A stretch of DNA of 64,000 nt from a virus (lineage: Duplodnaviria > Heunggongvirae > Uroviricota > Caudoviricetes): IMG/VR virus record IMGVR_UViG_3300025942_000001; one strand, 5' to 3'. Shown one piece after another: positions 1 to 10,493 of the stretch. A program made the position numbers and the translations under genes. Each line of letters opens with the position of its first letter. Position 1 is the stretch's first letter. Below the pieces are notes generated by a model. It had not been told where the DNA came from, made no database searches, and worked only from the letters and a program-made list of their open reading frames with translations.

Positions 1-59
1 CGTGTTCTAGTACTCCAAGCCAATGGTAAGCTAGTAATGCGAGACGCTTAATTTTAGTA

Positions 60-127
60 ATCCGTTTAGTATAATGGGATTGCACCGGTAGACATCGGTA
101 ATACGGGTTCGATTCCCGTAGCGGATT
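60..127 (+). tRNA. tRNA-like gene with a shortened anticodon loop, isotype undetermined
   Basis: Acceptor ATCCGTT/AGCGGAT, D-loop with GG, T-arm ACGGG-TTCGATT-CCCGT. Anticodon arm CCGGT-AGAC-ATCGG leaves a 4-nt loop (6 nt if A84-T99 pairs and T89-A94 opens). No encoded CCA. Confidence 0.75.
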
Positions 128-145
128 ATTCAACAAAGGAGTAAA

Positions 146-388
146 ATGAGTAAGTTTAAGATTGTATTCGATAATGCGTTAGCTCGTTTTATTGAAAAAA
201 ACACTCTGGAAACAGTAAAAGAAATTATTGATTATGAAGAAGATACCTATAATGATGGATTTTGCAGCACCTGTTCTTATGAGCGTACAGATGTAGATAT
301 TACATATAAGAACGCTACTGGTGTCACCTCTACCTATAGTTATAGAGGTAATTTTTCTGATCTTATCAATGAACTTACGGAGGAATAA
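146..388 (+). CDS. hypothetical protein (CxxC)
   Basis: RBS AAAGGAG, FCSTC motif, stop overlaps next start. Confidence 0.75.
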   Translation: MSKFKIVFDNALARFIEKNTLETVKEIIDYEEDTYNDGFCSTCSYERTDVDITYKNATGVTSTYSYRGNFSDLINELTEE

Positions 389-618
389 TGACGGAAATTA
401 AACTAGAGGGCACTTTCCATGAAGATGGAACACCGTGGGGCCTTGATGTTTGGGAATCTGATGGTAAATTTCATGTGGTTGCCAGTTCTGAAGATGAAGA
501 AGCAGGATACGGCGGTGCTGAATTGGATGCTGAACAAGTAAGTCTATTAGTAGCAGCCGGTCTTGAATATCTAGCAAAGTATCGACATGGCGAATACCAG
601 ACTGCTTCTAAAGACTAA
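388..618 (+). CDS. acidic hypothetical protein
   Basis: TAATG coupling, RBS GGAGG. Confidence 0.7.
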   Translation: MTEIKLEGTFHEDGTPWGLDVWESDGKFHVVASSEDEEAGYGGAELDAEQVSLLVAAGLEYLAKYRHGEYQTASKD

Positions 619-1147
619 TCACGGATCACATCTTTATGGGCTTTCGACCCCAACATCCGACCTTGATTACTATGAGATATTTGAATATCCTTGGCAAAAA
701 TATAGACCAAGAAAACAAGTATCTCAGGTAATCAAGGACGATGTTGATCTAACTGAAACATCGTTGGATAGATTCCAAGACATGTGTTTTAAAGGCATCC
801 CTCAATCATTGGAAGCATTATTTGCCGGTGAGCAGCACTGGGTGAAATATCATACTTCATGGTATGATAAACGTGAATCAATTGAGAACAATCTTCATAT
901 TTATCGTATGGATATTATTGAAACATATAAAAGAACAGCATTAAACTTCTTTTTGAAAGATGATTTTAAAAAGAACAGACATGCTTTCAGACTTATGCAT
1001 AATATCAATGAATTCAAACAGTGTGGCAGATTTAGCCCAACATTAAATATAAATACGCGCGAGTCCATTACTCGAACTGCCGTGTTGCCCCGACAACGGC
1101 GTGAAGAAATCTTTTTGGATATCTTTTATAATACTTTTTATCAATAA
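587..1147 (+). CDS. Pol-beta superfamily nucleotidyltransferase (RlaP-like)
   Basis: HGSHLYGLSTPTSDLD fits the GS-x2-YG-x5-SDxD signature. Confidence 0.85.
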   Translation: MANTRLLLKTNHGSHLYGLSTPTSDLDYYEIFEYPWQKYRPRKQVSQVIKDDVDLTETSLDRFQDMCFKGIPQSLEALFAGEQHWVKYHTSWYDKRESIENNLHIYRMDIIETYKRTALNFFLKDDFKKNRHAFRLMHNINEFKQCGRFSPTLNINTRESITRTAVLPRQRREEIFLDIFYNTFYQ

Positions 1148-1167
1148 ACAAATCTTATGGGGATTTA

Positions 1168-2235
1168 ATGTATATCAGCAATTTACTGGATGCGGAGCTA
1201 CTTGGTAGTCACATCCGCAATGGATATGTCACGGCAAGGCGACACCCACATTTGCCGTTGACTATTCTTAACTACACGCCTAAAGCTCAGTATGAGCAAA
1301 TGTGGGATGAAGTGACTACACGATGCCGTGGTCTCGTTGTTGATAATAAAGGTGAAATCGCGGCTAACTGTATGTATAAGTTTTTTAATTATGGTGAACC
1401 TAATGCCAAAGACATTGATTTATCAGGCCCGGTACAAGTTACCGACAAGCTTGATGGATCTATGGGCTTGGTAGCTTTTTATGAGGATATTTTATTTACC
1501 GCAACTCGTGGCTCCTTTGAGTCTGAACAGGCTCAATTTGCCTACGATCATATTATGAAGACTCAAGGTTATGCTGATGCCTTTCATACTATTTGTGGTA
1601 ATTCCGTTACCGCTGTTGTGGAGATTATTTATCCGGAAAACCGTATTGTGGTTGATTATGGTGAAATGCGCGATGTTGTTTTAATCGGTGCTATTGCCAA
1701 CAATGAATTATCAAATGGACGTCAGTTATGGATTCCTGCGGATAAGTTTTATTCTTGGCCTGGCCCACGTGTTGAAAAGTTCAATGCAAAGACTTTTGAA
1801 GATGCATTACGTATTCCTCCTAGAATTAATAAGGAAGGCATCGTAGTATACTTTGAAAGCACCGGGGATAGACTAAAGTTAAAGCAGCAGGATTATCTAA
1901 TTGCCCATAAGTTTGTGTCTAATTTGACACCAAAGAATGTATGGCAGCAATTACATGATGGCAATACCTTAGAGAATCTGCTTGAAATGGCACCGGACGA
2001 ATTTCACGATACAGTTAGAGAATATGTAACAAGTATACAGAAGAGCTTTGATCATCTGTTAAAGTTGGTCAATATTGAGTTTGATAAAATTAATCGATCA
2101 CTGACTCCAGGCTATTCACGTAAGGACTTTGCGTTAGCAGTAGCAAAGAATCCTTACAGAAGTCATCTGTTCCATGTGCTTGACCAACGTAGTGACTTGC
2201 TGGTAGAGTCTGTCTGGAAGGCCATCCAACCGTAA
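1168..2235 (+). CDS. rnl1: RNA ligase, T4 Rnl1-like
   Basis: Motif I TDKLDGS, motif IV EGIVV, KLKQ motif V, N-terminal LNYT...RCRGLV and KFFNYGE. Confidence 0.92.
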   Translation: MYISNLLDAELLGSHIRNGYVTARRHPHLPLTILNYTPKAQYEQMWDEVTTRCRGLVVDNKGEIAANCMYKFFNYGEPNAKDIDLSGPVQVTDKLDGSMGLVAFYEDILFTATRGSFESEQAQFAYDHIMKTQGYADAFHTICGNSVTAVVEIIYPENRIVVDYGEMRDVVLIGAIANNELSNGRQLWIPADKFYSWPGPRVEKFNAKTFEDALRIPPRINKEGIVVYFESTGDRLKLKQQDYLIAHKFVSNLTPKNVWQQLHDGNTLENLLEMAPDEFHDTVREYVTSIQKSFDHLLKLVNIEFDKINRSLTPGYSRKDFALAVAKNPYRSHLFHVLDQRSDLLVESVWKAIQP

Positions 2236-2244
2236 GGAAGTAAA

Positions 2245-3195
2245 ATGTTTCCAATTCTTGAGATTTACCAGGGGCTACCTGCTTCTGGTAAATCCACTCA
2301 AGCCAAGCTAGAAGTAGAAAATGATCTAGGTAATACAATCAGAGTGAATCGTGATCTGATTCGTGTTATGCTTCATAATAATATCTTTGATCGTAAGCTA
2401 ACTGAACCACGTACCGTTGCTGCTAGAAATGCTTTGATTCGTGATGGACTAAAGCGTGGTCTTCGTGTAATTTGCGATGATACAAATCTTGATCCTAAGG
2501 TTGTCAAGGATCTTATCAAGATTGCTGAATTCTTCGGGGCTGAGGTTCGTATTACTCAGTTTGATGTTGATGTCAACGAATGTATTCGACGTGACAAGGC
2601 AAGAGCAGATCTGCCGGGTGAAGTTTCGGTAGGCGAAAAGGTTATTCGTGGAATGGTGAAGAGCTATTTCGTTGATGGCAAGTTTCCTGAAAAGGCTGCT
2701 GAAGTCAAGGGAATTAGTTTTGAGCCGATGGAATACAATGATAATCTTGGCTGGATTGCAGTAATCTTTGATATTGATGGCACTGTTGCTGACCATAAGG
2801 GAATTCGTTCTCCTTATGACTATACCAGTGTTATCAAGGATCGACCACGTATGGCGATCATCAAAGCTGTCAGACTATATTTCAATGCTGGATACAAGAT
2901 TATTTTCTGTTCCGGCCGAGAAGATGTCTGTCGTGAAGATACAATGAAGTGGCTCGACACGTATCTTTCTTATGTTAACGATTCTGGTGAAATTGTCAAG
3001 ATTCCTTATGTTCTCTACATGCGCGATACCGGAGATAAGAGACAAGATCGTATTATCAAAGGTGAAATCGTTGATAAGCATATTCGTGGTTTTTGTAATG
3101 TTGAACTAGTCTTTGATGACCGTACACAGGTGGTCGGGCTTTGGCGAGACGAATTGAAGCTTGATACCTGTCAAGTCAATTGGGGTGACTTCTAA
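2245..3195 (+). CDS. pseT: polynucleotide 5'-kinase/3'-phosphatase
   Basis: P-loop GLPASGKS, RDLIR, DDTNL; HAD domain FDIDGT, SGR, FDDR. Confidence 0.93.
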   Translation: MFPILEIYQGLPASGKSTQAKLEVENDLGNTIRVNRDLIRVMLHNNIFDRKLTEPRTVAARNALIRDGLKRGLRVICDDTNLDPKVVKDLIKIAEFFGAEVRITQFDVDVNECIRRDKARADLPGEVSVGEKVIRGMVKSYFVDGKFPEKAAEVKGISFEPMEYNDNLGWIAVIFDIDGTVADHKGIRSPYDYTSVIKDRPRMAIIKAVRLYFNAGYKIIFCSGREDVCREDTMKWLDTYLSYVNDSGEIVKIPYVLYMRDTGDKRQDRIIKGEIVDKHIRGFCNVELVFDDRTQVVGLWRDELKLDTCQVNWGDF

Positions 3196-3385
3196 TTACT
3201 CCATTAACAGATGAAATGAAAGCTGATCTTGTTGCTTCCCTGGTTAGTATATTGCAAGATATGTACATCACAGTAAGCATTGTTCACAAGAATGAAATAT
3301 TTCCAGAAGATGTGTCAACAAAGCTTATCGAAGAAGTTGAAAACTTTACCAATAACATGTATGAACTACTAACAAAGGATAAGAA

Positions 3386-3646
3386 ATGAACGAGCAACTT
3401 ATTAGTACAGCCGCAGATCTGATTGTTTCTCAGCTTTCCCCCGGCGAAGCTGCTATTATTATTGCACAAGGCGTTCAACGAGTGTCAGCCATAATGATTG
3501 GCATTATGGCTGTAGCGACCCGAGAAGGTGCAATGAGCGACGAAGGTCGTGAAACTCTGGCTAATGCAATCAAGACTTTTGGTGCTGAAGTTGTCAAGAT
3601 TTCAGAACTGGAACAGGTATTCGCGCTTAGCCAGACGGGTAGTTGA
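3386..3646 (+). CDS. hypothetical protein
   Basis: ATG with RBS AAGGA, in operon orientation. Confidence 0.6.
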   Translation: MNEQLISTAADLIVSQLSPGEAAIIIAQGVQRVSAIMIGIMAVATREGAMSDEGRETLANAIKTFGAEVVKISELEQVFALSQTGS

Positions 3647-3849
3647 TTTATATGGCTCTGGTGATATACTAGAGTCATGAACGAATATGAAATAGAGATC
3701 AAAGCAAAACTAAGAGTCTTTGCTTTTAGTCCATCGGATGCCAGCGATGCCGTTGAGGAAGCTATTAGAGAGGCTGAGTCATTCGGGGCTGAAATCAAAG
3801 ACCTTAGCTTTGTCTCTATCAATGAAATAATCTAGAGGAGTGGTTAATA

Positions 3850-4065
3850 ATGACAATTACAGAAACCGTTGAAAGAGAAGAGTATGAACTGAATCTGATG
3901 GATAGATGTGATCGATGTTCAGCTCAAGCTTTTGCCAGGGCGGTGAAGATTATTGATGACAAATCTCTAGAACTATTATTCTGTGGGCATCATTTCAAAA
4001 AGACAGCATATGAATTAGGCCTTAACGGTTGGGATGTTCAGAACAACACAGATAAAATTCAATAA
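3850..4065 (+). CDS. small actinobacterial-type Zn-binding protein
   Basis: DRCDRCSAQA...LLFCGHH. Confidence 0.7.
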   Translation: MTITETVEREEYELNLMDRCDRCSAQAFARAVKIIDDKSLELLFCGHHFKKTAYELGLNGWDVQNNTDKIQ

Positions 4066-4358
4066 ACTGAGGAGTGTTATGGATATCAGAGTTATGTGGG
4101 GTTATATCGATAAAGATAATACATCAAAAGGTTGGTTTATCAAGGTTTGTGATTCTCTGACCGGCGAACTTTGGGCAGAGAAACTTATGGATTCAACTTC
4201 AATGCTTATTGAAGTTAGAGGCACTGACATCAATTATGTACACTATATGATTGATAGACTGCCAGAATTGGAAGATATTTGTCGTCTTGAAAAGTATGAT
4301 TATGAAAAAGGTATTGAAGAAATTCAGAACCTCTCACCTAGCGATTTTGGATAATTAA

Positions 4359-4940
4359 ATGGAATATACTCACGAGCAGCGCAAAGCACTACGTGAAATC
4401 GACTGGACGCGCAACGTTCGACCAGAGTTCAAGAGCTTGACTAACGACCAGATCAAGGCTAAGCTAGCACCAGTACGCAACAACCTAGTGTTTGCCTTTA
4501 ATAATGCTCTCAGAGATTTCAATTTCGGTGGCATTATTAGAGTGTCAAATGCTTTTGCGTGTCAAGGAGTTATTTATTCTGGGTTCAGAAAATTTGATCC
4601 TCGCGGTGCTGTTGGTGTATTGAATTATGAACAAGTAACTCATTATCCTGACATCGAAAACTTCAAGATGATGATCAATTATCTAAGAAATATTGGTTAT
4701 ACTTTTGTGGTAGCAGAATCAGACATGTATGATAAATCGGTTCTGCTACCACACTTCAAGTGGAACTCAAAAACAGTTCTCATGCTGGGTGAAGAAGGTA
4801 CTGGTGTGCCTGAAGAGTTTATTGAAATGGCTGATGTTGTTGTTACTATTCCTCAAGTAGGAAGTGTCAATAGCATGAATGTCGCCAGCACTGCCCATAT
4901 TCTAGCCTATGATTATATGATCAAGACGGGAAGGTTCTAA
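4359..4940 (+). CDS. SpoU/TrmH-family (SPOUT) RNA 2'-O-methyltransferase
   Basis: NFGGIIRVSNAF, LGEEGTGV and IPQVGSVNSMNVAST match the three SpoU motifs. Confidence 0.88.
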   Translation: MEYTHEQRKALREIDWTRNVRPEFKSLTNDQIKAKLAPVRNNLVFAFNNALRDFNFGGIIRVSNAFACQGVIYSGFRKFDPRGAVGVLNYEQVTHYPDIENFKMMINYLRNIGYTFVVAESDMYDKSVLLPHFKWNSKTVLMLGEEGTGVPEEFIEMADVVVTIPQVGSVNSMNVASTAHILAYDYMIKTGRF

Positions 4941-5057
4941 TGTTTACGGTTGCTTTTGTTGTTAATTTCATTGCTTTCATCGGCTACCTCATGCTATGTT
5001 TCTACGTCACTAGCGACAAGTTCTATAGCATGTTTATTGAATACTTGAGGCGTCATC

Positions 5058-5309
5058 GTGGACTATGAAGATAAATTAGACATCATCGATAAAGATATCG
5101 CACCCAAGAATGCAGATGAACTATTTCTTGGAATGTATCTAGCGTTTTTTGTGGATTTTTATCGTGACGATCCAGACGTAGAAGTTATGCACGGCGGTGC
5201 TGAAAAAGTGCTAGAATACTGGCGCAATAAGTATCATGAAGAGATTATGACATTAGGTGGTAAACATGAAGAAAATAATGATGACCACGGGCAGCCGGGG
5301 TTGGGATAG
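5058..5309 (+). CDS. hypothetical protein
   Basis: GTG-start ORF within the operon. Confidence 0.55.
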   Translation: MDYEDKLDIIDKDIAPKNADELFLGMYLAFFVDFYRDDPDVEVMHGGAEKVLEYWRNKYHEEIMTLGGKHEENNDDHGQPGLG

Positions 5310-5712
5310 AAATAGAGAACAAGATTATAATCAAGTAACACGTGGTCTTATCATTGAAATCAAGAATCTAATCGATCTTGGTGCTACAGAAATTGAAGTA
5401 TGGCACGGAGATGCCAAAGGTTCTGATAAAATGACAGAAGAGTTCATCAATATCATTGAACGCTCTCTCAAAGAGCGTATGAACGTCACTATTAAACTTA
5501 AGGCATTTCCACCTGATATCAATAAATACGGGTCTCCTGTGGCCTTCCATGTACGCAACCAGACTATGGTGGATGGGGCTGATGTCTGCGTGGCCTTTCT
5601 CAAGGCTGGTGAGGCAAACAAGGGCACATTGAGCACTATCAAGCGTGCTAGAGACACTGGCGTCAAAGTCGCTGTCTACGGTGCCAGAGAGCTTGACATC
5701 AGACGTAGCTGA
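5266..5712 (+). CDS. SLOG-superfamily (YspA-like) protein
   Basis: TGSRGW, VWHGDAKGSD, RNQTMVDGADVCVAF, GT-x2-TI; ATG chosen at 5266. Confidence 0.75.
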   Translation: MKKIMMTTGSRGWDRNREQDYNQVTRGLIIEIKNLIDLGATEIEVWHGDAKGSDKMTEEFINIIERSLKERMNVTIKLKAFPPDINKYGSPVAFHVRNQTMVDGADVCVAFLKAGEANKGTLSTIKRARDTGVKVAVYGARELDIRRS

Positions 5713-5721
5713 CTGTAGGCT
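5693..5721 (+). promoter_or_regulatory. SigA/HrdB-type promoter with a leaderless downstream ORF
   Basis: TTGACA-N17-TAGGCT, ATG at 5728. Confidence 0.75.
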
Positions 5722-5727
5722 AGGTGC

Positions 5728-8638
5728 ATGAACAAAGTGCACCTAGCTTTTACGGGCTTTACAGTCTTCGCGGCAGTGTTGAGTCCCTATGCTGCTCTAT
5801 GGGTTATTGGTTGTTGGTTGGTAGTTACTTGGTTGGAGGATAAATGTTCAATGAATTCAGGCAAGATCTAATAGCAAACCAAAAGTATATCTGGATGGCT
5901 ATTTTCACGGGTGCGTTTTTCTATGGTCATTTGTTTTTTGCATTGCTCACTTTCACTATACTGTATGTTTACCTTGATAGTAAGAATGTAGCTTTTGATT
6001 CTCCCATGCTGGATCATCCAGACAATCTGATTAAAATTACACCTTTGGAAAGAGGATATTAATGGTTGGCAATATTTTTATCGCACTGGTTGCTTCAGCA
6101 CCGGTGACTTTTATTTTATCGTGGCTTACATCATTATTCACAGCATTTATGTTAATGTGGCTTGAAAGCACAGTCAATTTCTGGATGTATTTCGGATATT
6201 GGGATAATGTTGCAATTCTAACAGCAGCTATGACTATTCTTTCTTACCCGGCGGTTTTCAGTAAGCTATTCGGTGAACTTGAGAATTAATAAAAGGAGTT
6301 GATTTTGATGATTAAAGGAGATCGTTTCTTCGCTTAGCAATACCGAACGACGCTGGTTGGATATCGCAAAGAAGCTTGCTGAAACCTCCCAAGAGAACAT
6401 GCGTCACGGCGCTATTATTACTTTGGGAGGTTCAGTTCAGGCAATGGGAATTAATAAGCGTACTAATGATCCGTTCTTCAACAAGGATTCTCATTGGCTG
6501 TCTGAACATGCTGAAATGGCTGCATTGCGTCGTTGTACCCGAACCAAGGGTTCAACTATCTATGTCGCTCGTGTGAATAAGACTGGTCAGGAACGTATGA
6601 GCAGGCCTTGCGATAAGTGTATGAGTCTGCTACGCTCAGCAGGAGTCAAGAAAATCGTGTACACCGTTGATTCTACCCAATACCTTTAAGGATGAAGATG
6701 ATTAAGTCATTTGTTACTATTAATTATGTGGCCGGAACATCTGCTAGAGTGGCTACTCATGAGCTGCATCCTGCTGGATGTCTTACTGATGCTTTTAATT
6801 CATTTTGGAATTCATATTATGATTGTGGCAATTACTATAACTTTGCCATCTCAGATCCACTAAGGCCATCTCAGTTTATTTCGATCGCCAAGTCGACTAT
6901 TGTTGATATTATTATTGAGGAGATCCAGTGACGCGGGTAGAGATTAAGATTGTTATTGCTGATGGAATTAATAAGTCAGAAGTAAGCTTTGAATCCAATC
7001 ATGATGATATGACTTTTGAAGAAGTATCTGAACGTTTTGAAAAGGATTTTCTTTCACCAGAGAAGTTTATGTCAATTAATACTGGTTCTTCCGAGCATCA
7101 AAATGGTCATAAGATGATTATCAGAAAGAGTCTTGTTAGCGTGTTTAGCATCAAGGAGATTAAGCATCCGGTTTGGAGAAGTTTCGGTGACGAATAAGAA
7201 AAGACTATCCATCACTGATGGCATGAGAATCACAGTCTTTTGGCTTTCTATGCTTTTGGTCTGTTTGATCTGTATTGGTGTGCTGGCTTTTATATTTAAG
7301 TTGGTGCTATGGATCTCAATTATTCTTGGTCTGATTGTAGGCTTTGTGCTATTTATTTACGCCGGGCTGATTCTACTAATGAGTGGGCGATAATGGCTAG
7401 ATTCATTGTAGCAATTGTTTTTTCTGTTCTATTCCATCTTGCATACTTCTATCTGCTTGGCTTTATAGTGGCGGTAGCAGCAATACTAGGAGCTGTATCA
7501 GGTTTTGCTTTAGTATATTTAGGAGTGTTTGCTCTTGATGAATTTATTTAAGCGTATCGGAATCACATTCGGTGTTATCGGTGTGTCAGCCTTGACTATC
7601 TGGTTACTTAATATGATTCTTCCATTATGGTTATCAGTTATCATTGGTGTGTTTGTCATTCCAGTAGTCGTAGTAGTGGTTTTTACCATTGCTATGTGTG
7701 TCTCTTACCCTCTATTATTAATGTGGAGTCTTCTTCTATGGGGACTTTATTCAGAAGGGAATAGCAAGTGAATAAGATTAAGAGTTTTTTCAAGTCAGAA
7801 AGAGTCAAGAGTGAACTAAGTGCTTGGAGTTTGATGCTCTTTACCGGCGGTGTATTTGGTATTGGTGCATTGATTCTTGGTGCCCCTTGGTGGATCATTG
7901 TTCTTACTACTCTATTTAGTGGTGTTGCATTCTGGACTGCGATTCTGATGGCTTTCTTTATTTATTGGGGAATCGTAGGCGATTGATATGACCTTTCTGT
8001 TCTTGGTATGTTCAGTCGCTTTTCTGATAGTGTTTATATCAGTAATTGTAACTATTATACGTGATACTATAAATAAAAAGAGTTTAGAGAATCACTGGAA
8101 GCAAGTAATGAAGCAGTCATTAGTGCAATCTCATAGAACAATCATATTGCCAAATAGTGGTGATGTTGCGAAATTTGATCATGTTAAGCTTATGCGACAA
8201 AAGCCTCTTTCAATGAAAGAAGCTATTGAAAAGGCATTACCTAGTACTCCAATTGGATGCATGTGGTCTGTAAAACGAGTTAAGGTGGAATGGTGGGAGG
8301 GGTGGATGGAAGTACCACTACCATATAAAACGACATTCGACGCTTCAAAGATTGATCAGATTGGCTCAAAAAGAGAATGGGTTAGACGCACTCCCAAAGA
8401 TAAGATATGGGAAGACCTTCCTAGTAAAGGTAAGCAACGCAAGGATAATCTGGAGATTGAATTCATCACCCCCGATAGTTCATCTAAAATATTACTATCT
8501 ATAGATAATAATATGTCAAGACAAGATATAATAGACTGTCTTGTAAGTGAAATCGAACACCAGTGCCCAGCCTTGGTTAATGAATATATAAATAGTACTG
8601 ATGACTGGGATGGTGTTTATATCAAGAATGGAGAATAA
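5728..8638 (+). other. cluster of small, mostly membrane proteins (5844, 6062, 7133, 7309 region, 7529, 7768, 7988) interspersed with soluble ORFs
   Basis: Hydrophobic 70-90 aa ORFs with overlapping stop/start codons. Confidence 0.7.
6357..6689 (+). CDS. cytidine/CMP-type Zn deaminase
   Basis: SEHAEMAAL...SRPCDKC (HxE...PCxxC); start uncertain, frame open from 6312. Confidence 0.88.
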   Translation: MDIAKKLAETSQENMRHGAIITLGGSVQAMGINKRTNDPFFNKDSHWLSEHAEMAALRRCTRTKGSTIYVARVNKTGQERMSRPCDKCMSLLRSAGVKKIVYTVDSTQYL

Positions 8639-9706
8639 TGATTAAAACAGATGGATCTATATTAACAGTAGAGATATGGCTTAAAAATGGACGCATCAAA
8701 GAAGTAAATTTCGTAGATGAAAATGAAAAAGGTGAAAAAATAGGTTGGTCTGGATGGAGTGATATATTTACCAGTATAATTTTAGCTGGAGATATATTAC
8801 ATATAGACGATCAAAATGGCCACCCGCATCTATTTGATGCAACATCTATTCAGTATCTTACTATTAGGGATTACTACATACTATGATTCCTACATTATTT
8901 GAAAGAGATAAGGATGGCTTTGTTGTTCCCCGCGTAAATCCTGATGCAGCTTGGGTATTGGAAGAAACAACATTAGCAGTGTCGCCAGCTAATCATAAGA
9001 TTCAACTATCCGATATCCAAGTCCTTGATTTGCATGAGCTTGATGTGGTAGACGCTTTCAGATTACTACGTGATGTGCTAGAGTGGCTACCAGAGAGTGT
9101 CATTTTCATCAGCCTAGGCGATGACACACGTTCTGCTAGACTAAGTCGTGAGGATTTTAATTATGAGGGCGAACAAACTAACTGAACCTACAAAGAAAAA
9201 GTGTGAATGTGGTGGAGATTTACCAAACACCATGTTTGCACCGCCGTTGAAATCTATTACAACCAAAAAGGAAATTTGTCCGGATTGTAAATTGGCTGAG
9301 ATTGTTGACGTGTATTTGAATGGTTTATAAGCATACACCTGGTCACGCAGTATGGAAGTTTGTCTTTGATGGAATTCCATACTATAGAAACAGCAATATA
9401 TCTGCCGTTAAATATTTTTATGATAGCGATCATAAATCTTTTTCAATTTATGTAAGATTGAATGATGGATGGAAATGGGTTGTTGACCACAATATATCTG
9501 ATAGATGTCGTTGTGGTCGGCTTTATACAGACAGTTTTAACGGTAGAGAATTTAAGTGGCAAGACTCTTTGCTTAAGCCAGCAAAGACAATAGAAGACTG
9601 TATTGCAATTTTTCAGACGCCTGTGTTATGTCAAATATGTCATTATACCAATGAATATAATGCTGGTAGATGGTGCCCTAAATGGGTTAAAGCTCAAATA
9701 AGTTGA
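8638..9706 (+). other. four hypothetical CDS (8638, 8883, 9166-9330 region, 9320); the last two are Cys-rich
   Basis: Coupled ORFs with CxC/CxxC motifs. Confidence 0.6.
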
Positions 9707-9747
9707 TTAATAAAAGCTGACTGTGTTATAATTGCAGTCAGGAGGTT

Positions 9748-9933
9748 ATGAAAATGGCAGGAGAAGAAACAGCAGCACAGCGTTTTACTCGCGACTGGGA
9801 TTCAAGTCTTGATACTGACCGTAAAGTTCGTGGTCTAGATAATCAGACAGAGGAACGTGCAAGCAGAATCTATGTAAACGCAGCAGACGGAACAACACCG
9901 GCTGATGATGATTTGGTCAATCCAAATCCTTGA
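9748..9933 (+). CDS. small acidic protein in a stand-alone expression cassette
   Basis: TGTGTTATAAT upstream, RBS AGGAGG, terminator downstream. Confidence 0.75.
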   Translation: MKMAGEETAAQRFTRDWDSSLDTDRKVRGLDNQTEERASRIYVNAADGTTPADDDLVNPNP

Positions 9934-9957
9934 TAACACAGTAGACTTATAAAATGA

Positions 9958-9985
9958 ATAGGGTGCCTTTGGTGCCCTATTTGTT
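9958..9985 (+). terminator. intrinsic terminator
   Basis: ATAGGGTGCC-TTT-GGTGCCCTAT followed by TTGTT. Confidence 0.7.
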
Positions 9986-10181
9986 ATTAATCATTGACAG
10001 ATCAACAGTTAGGAAGATACAATGAACCTTACATTGCAGCAAGCGGAAAAGTTTGTTGAATTATGCGACGATGCCGAATGGTTCGGTTGGGAAATTGGTT
10101 TAATCACTCGTACCCCTCAAGGCACTTATCGCAGATTCATTGCTGCTGAAAAGGGGTTTTATAGTGTCATCGGCAGAGAAT

Positions 10182-10493
10182 ATGCAGATCTTCTTAAGAT
10201 CGTTAGGAATCGATCCCGACAATCTTAAATGGCAAGATCTAGCATCATGTAAGAAGTTGAACACCAATCTATTCTTTGATGAATATGAATCTTCAACGGT
10301 AATAGCTAAACAAATAGATTCCATCTGTGCATCATGTCCTGTTATTAAAGAATGTTATGACTTCGGTAAAAACAAAAAGGAAACTGGTGTATTTGGTGGA
10401 TTCTATTTTATTAATGGTCAAGTAGATCGTAAACGTAATGAACATAAGACACAGGAAGTAATATTGGATTTGGCGGCGAGAATATATGATTAA
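10182..10493 (+). CDS. whiB: WhiB-family Fe-S transcription factor
   Basis: WQDLASC...LFF...CASCPVIKEC...GVFGG: four Cys plus the G-V-F-G-G turn; start at 10182 is inferred. Confidence 0.85.
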   Translation: MQIFLRSLGIDPDNLKWQDLASCKKLNTNLFFDEYESSTVIAKQIDSICASCPVIKECYDFGKNKKETGVFGGFYFINGQVDRKRNEHKTQEVILDLAARIYD

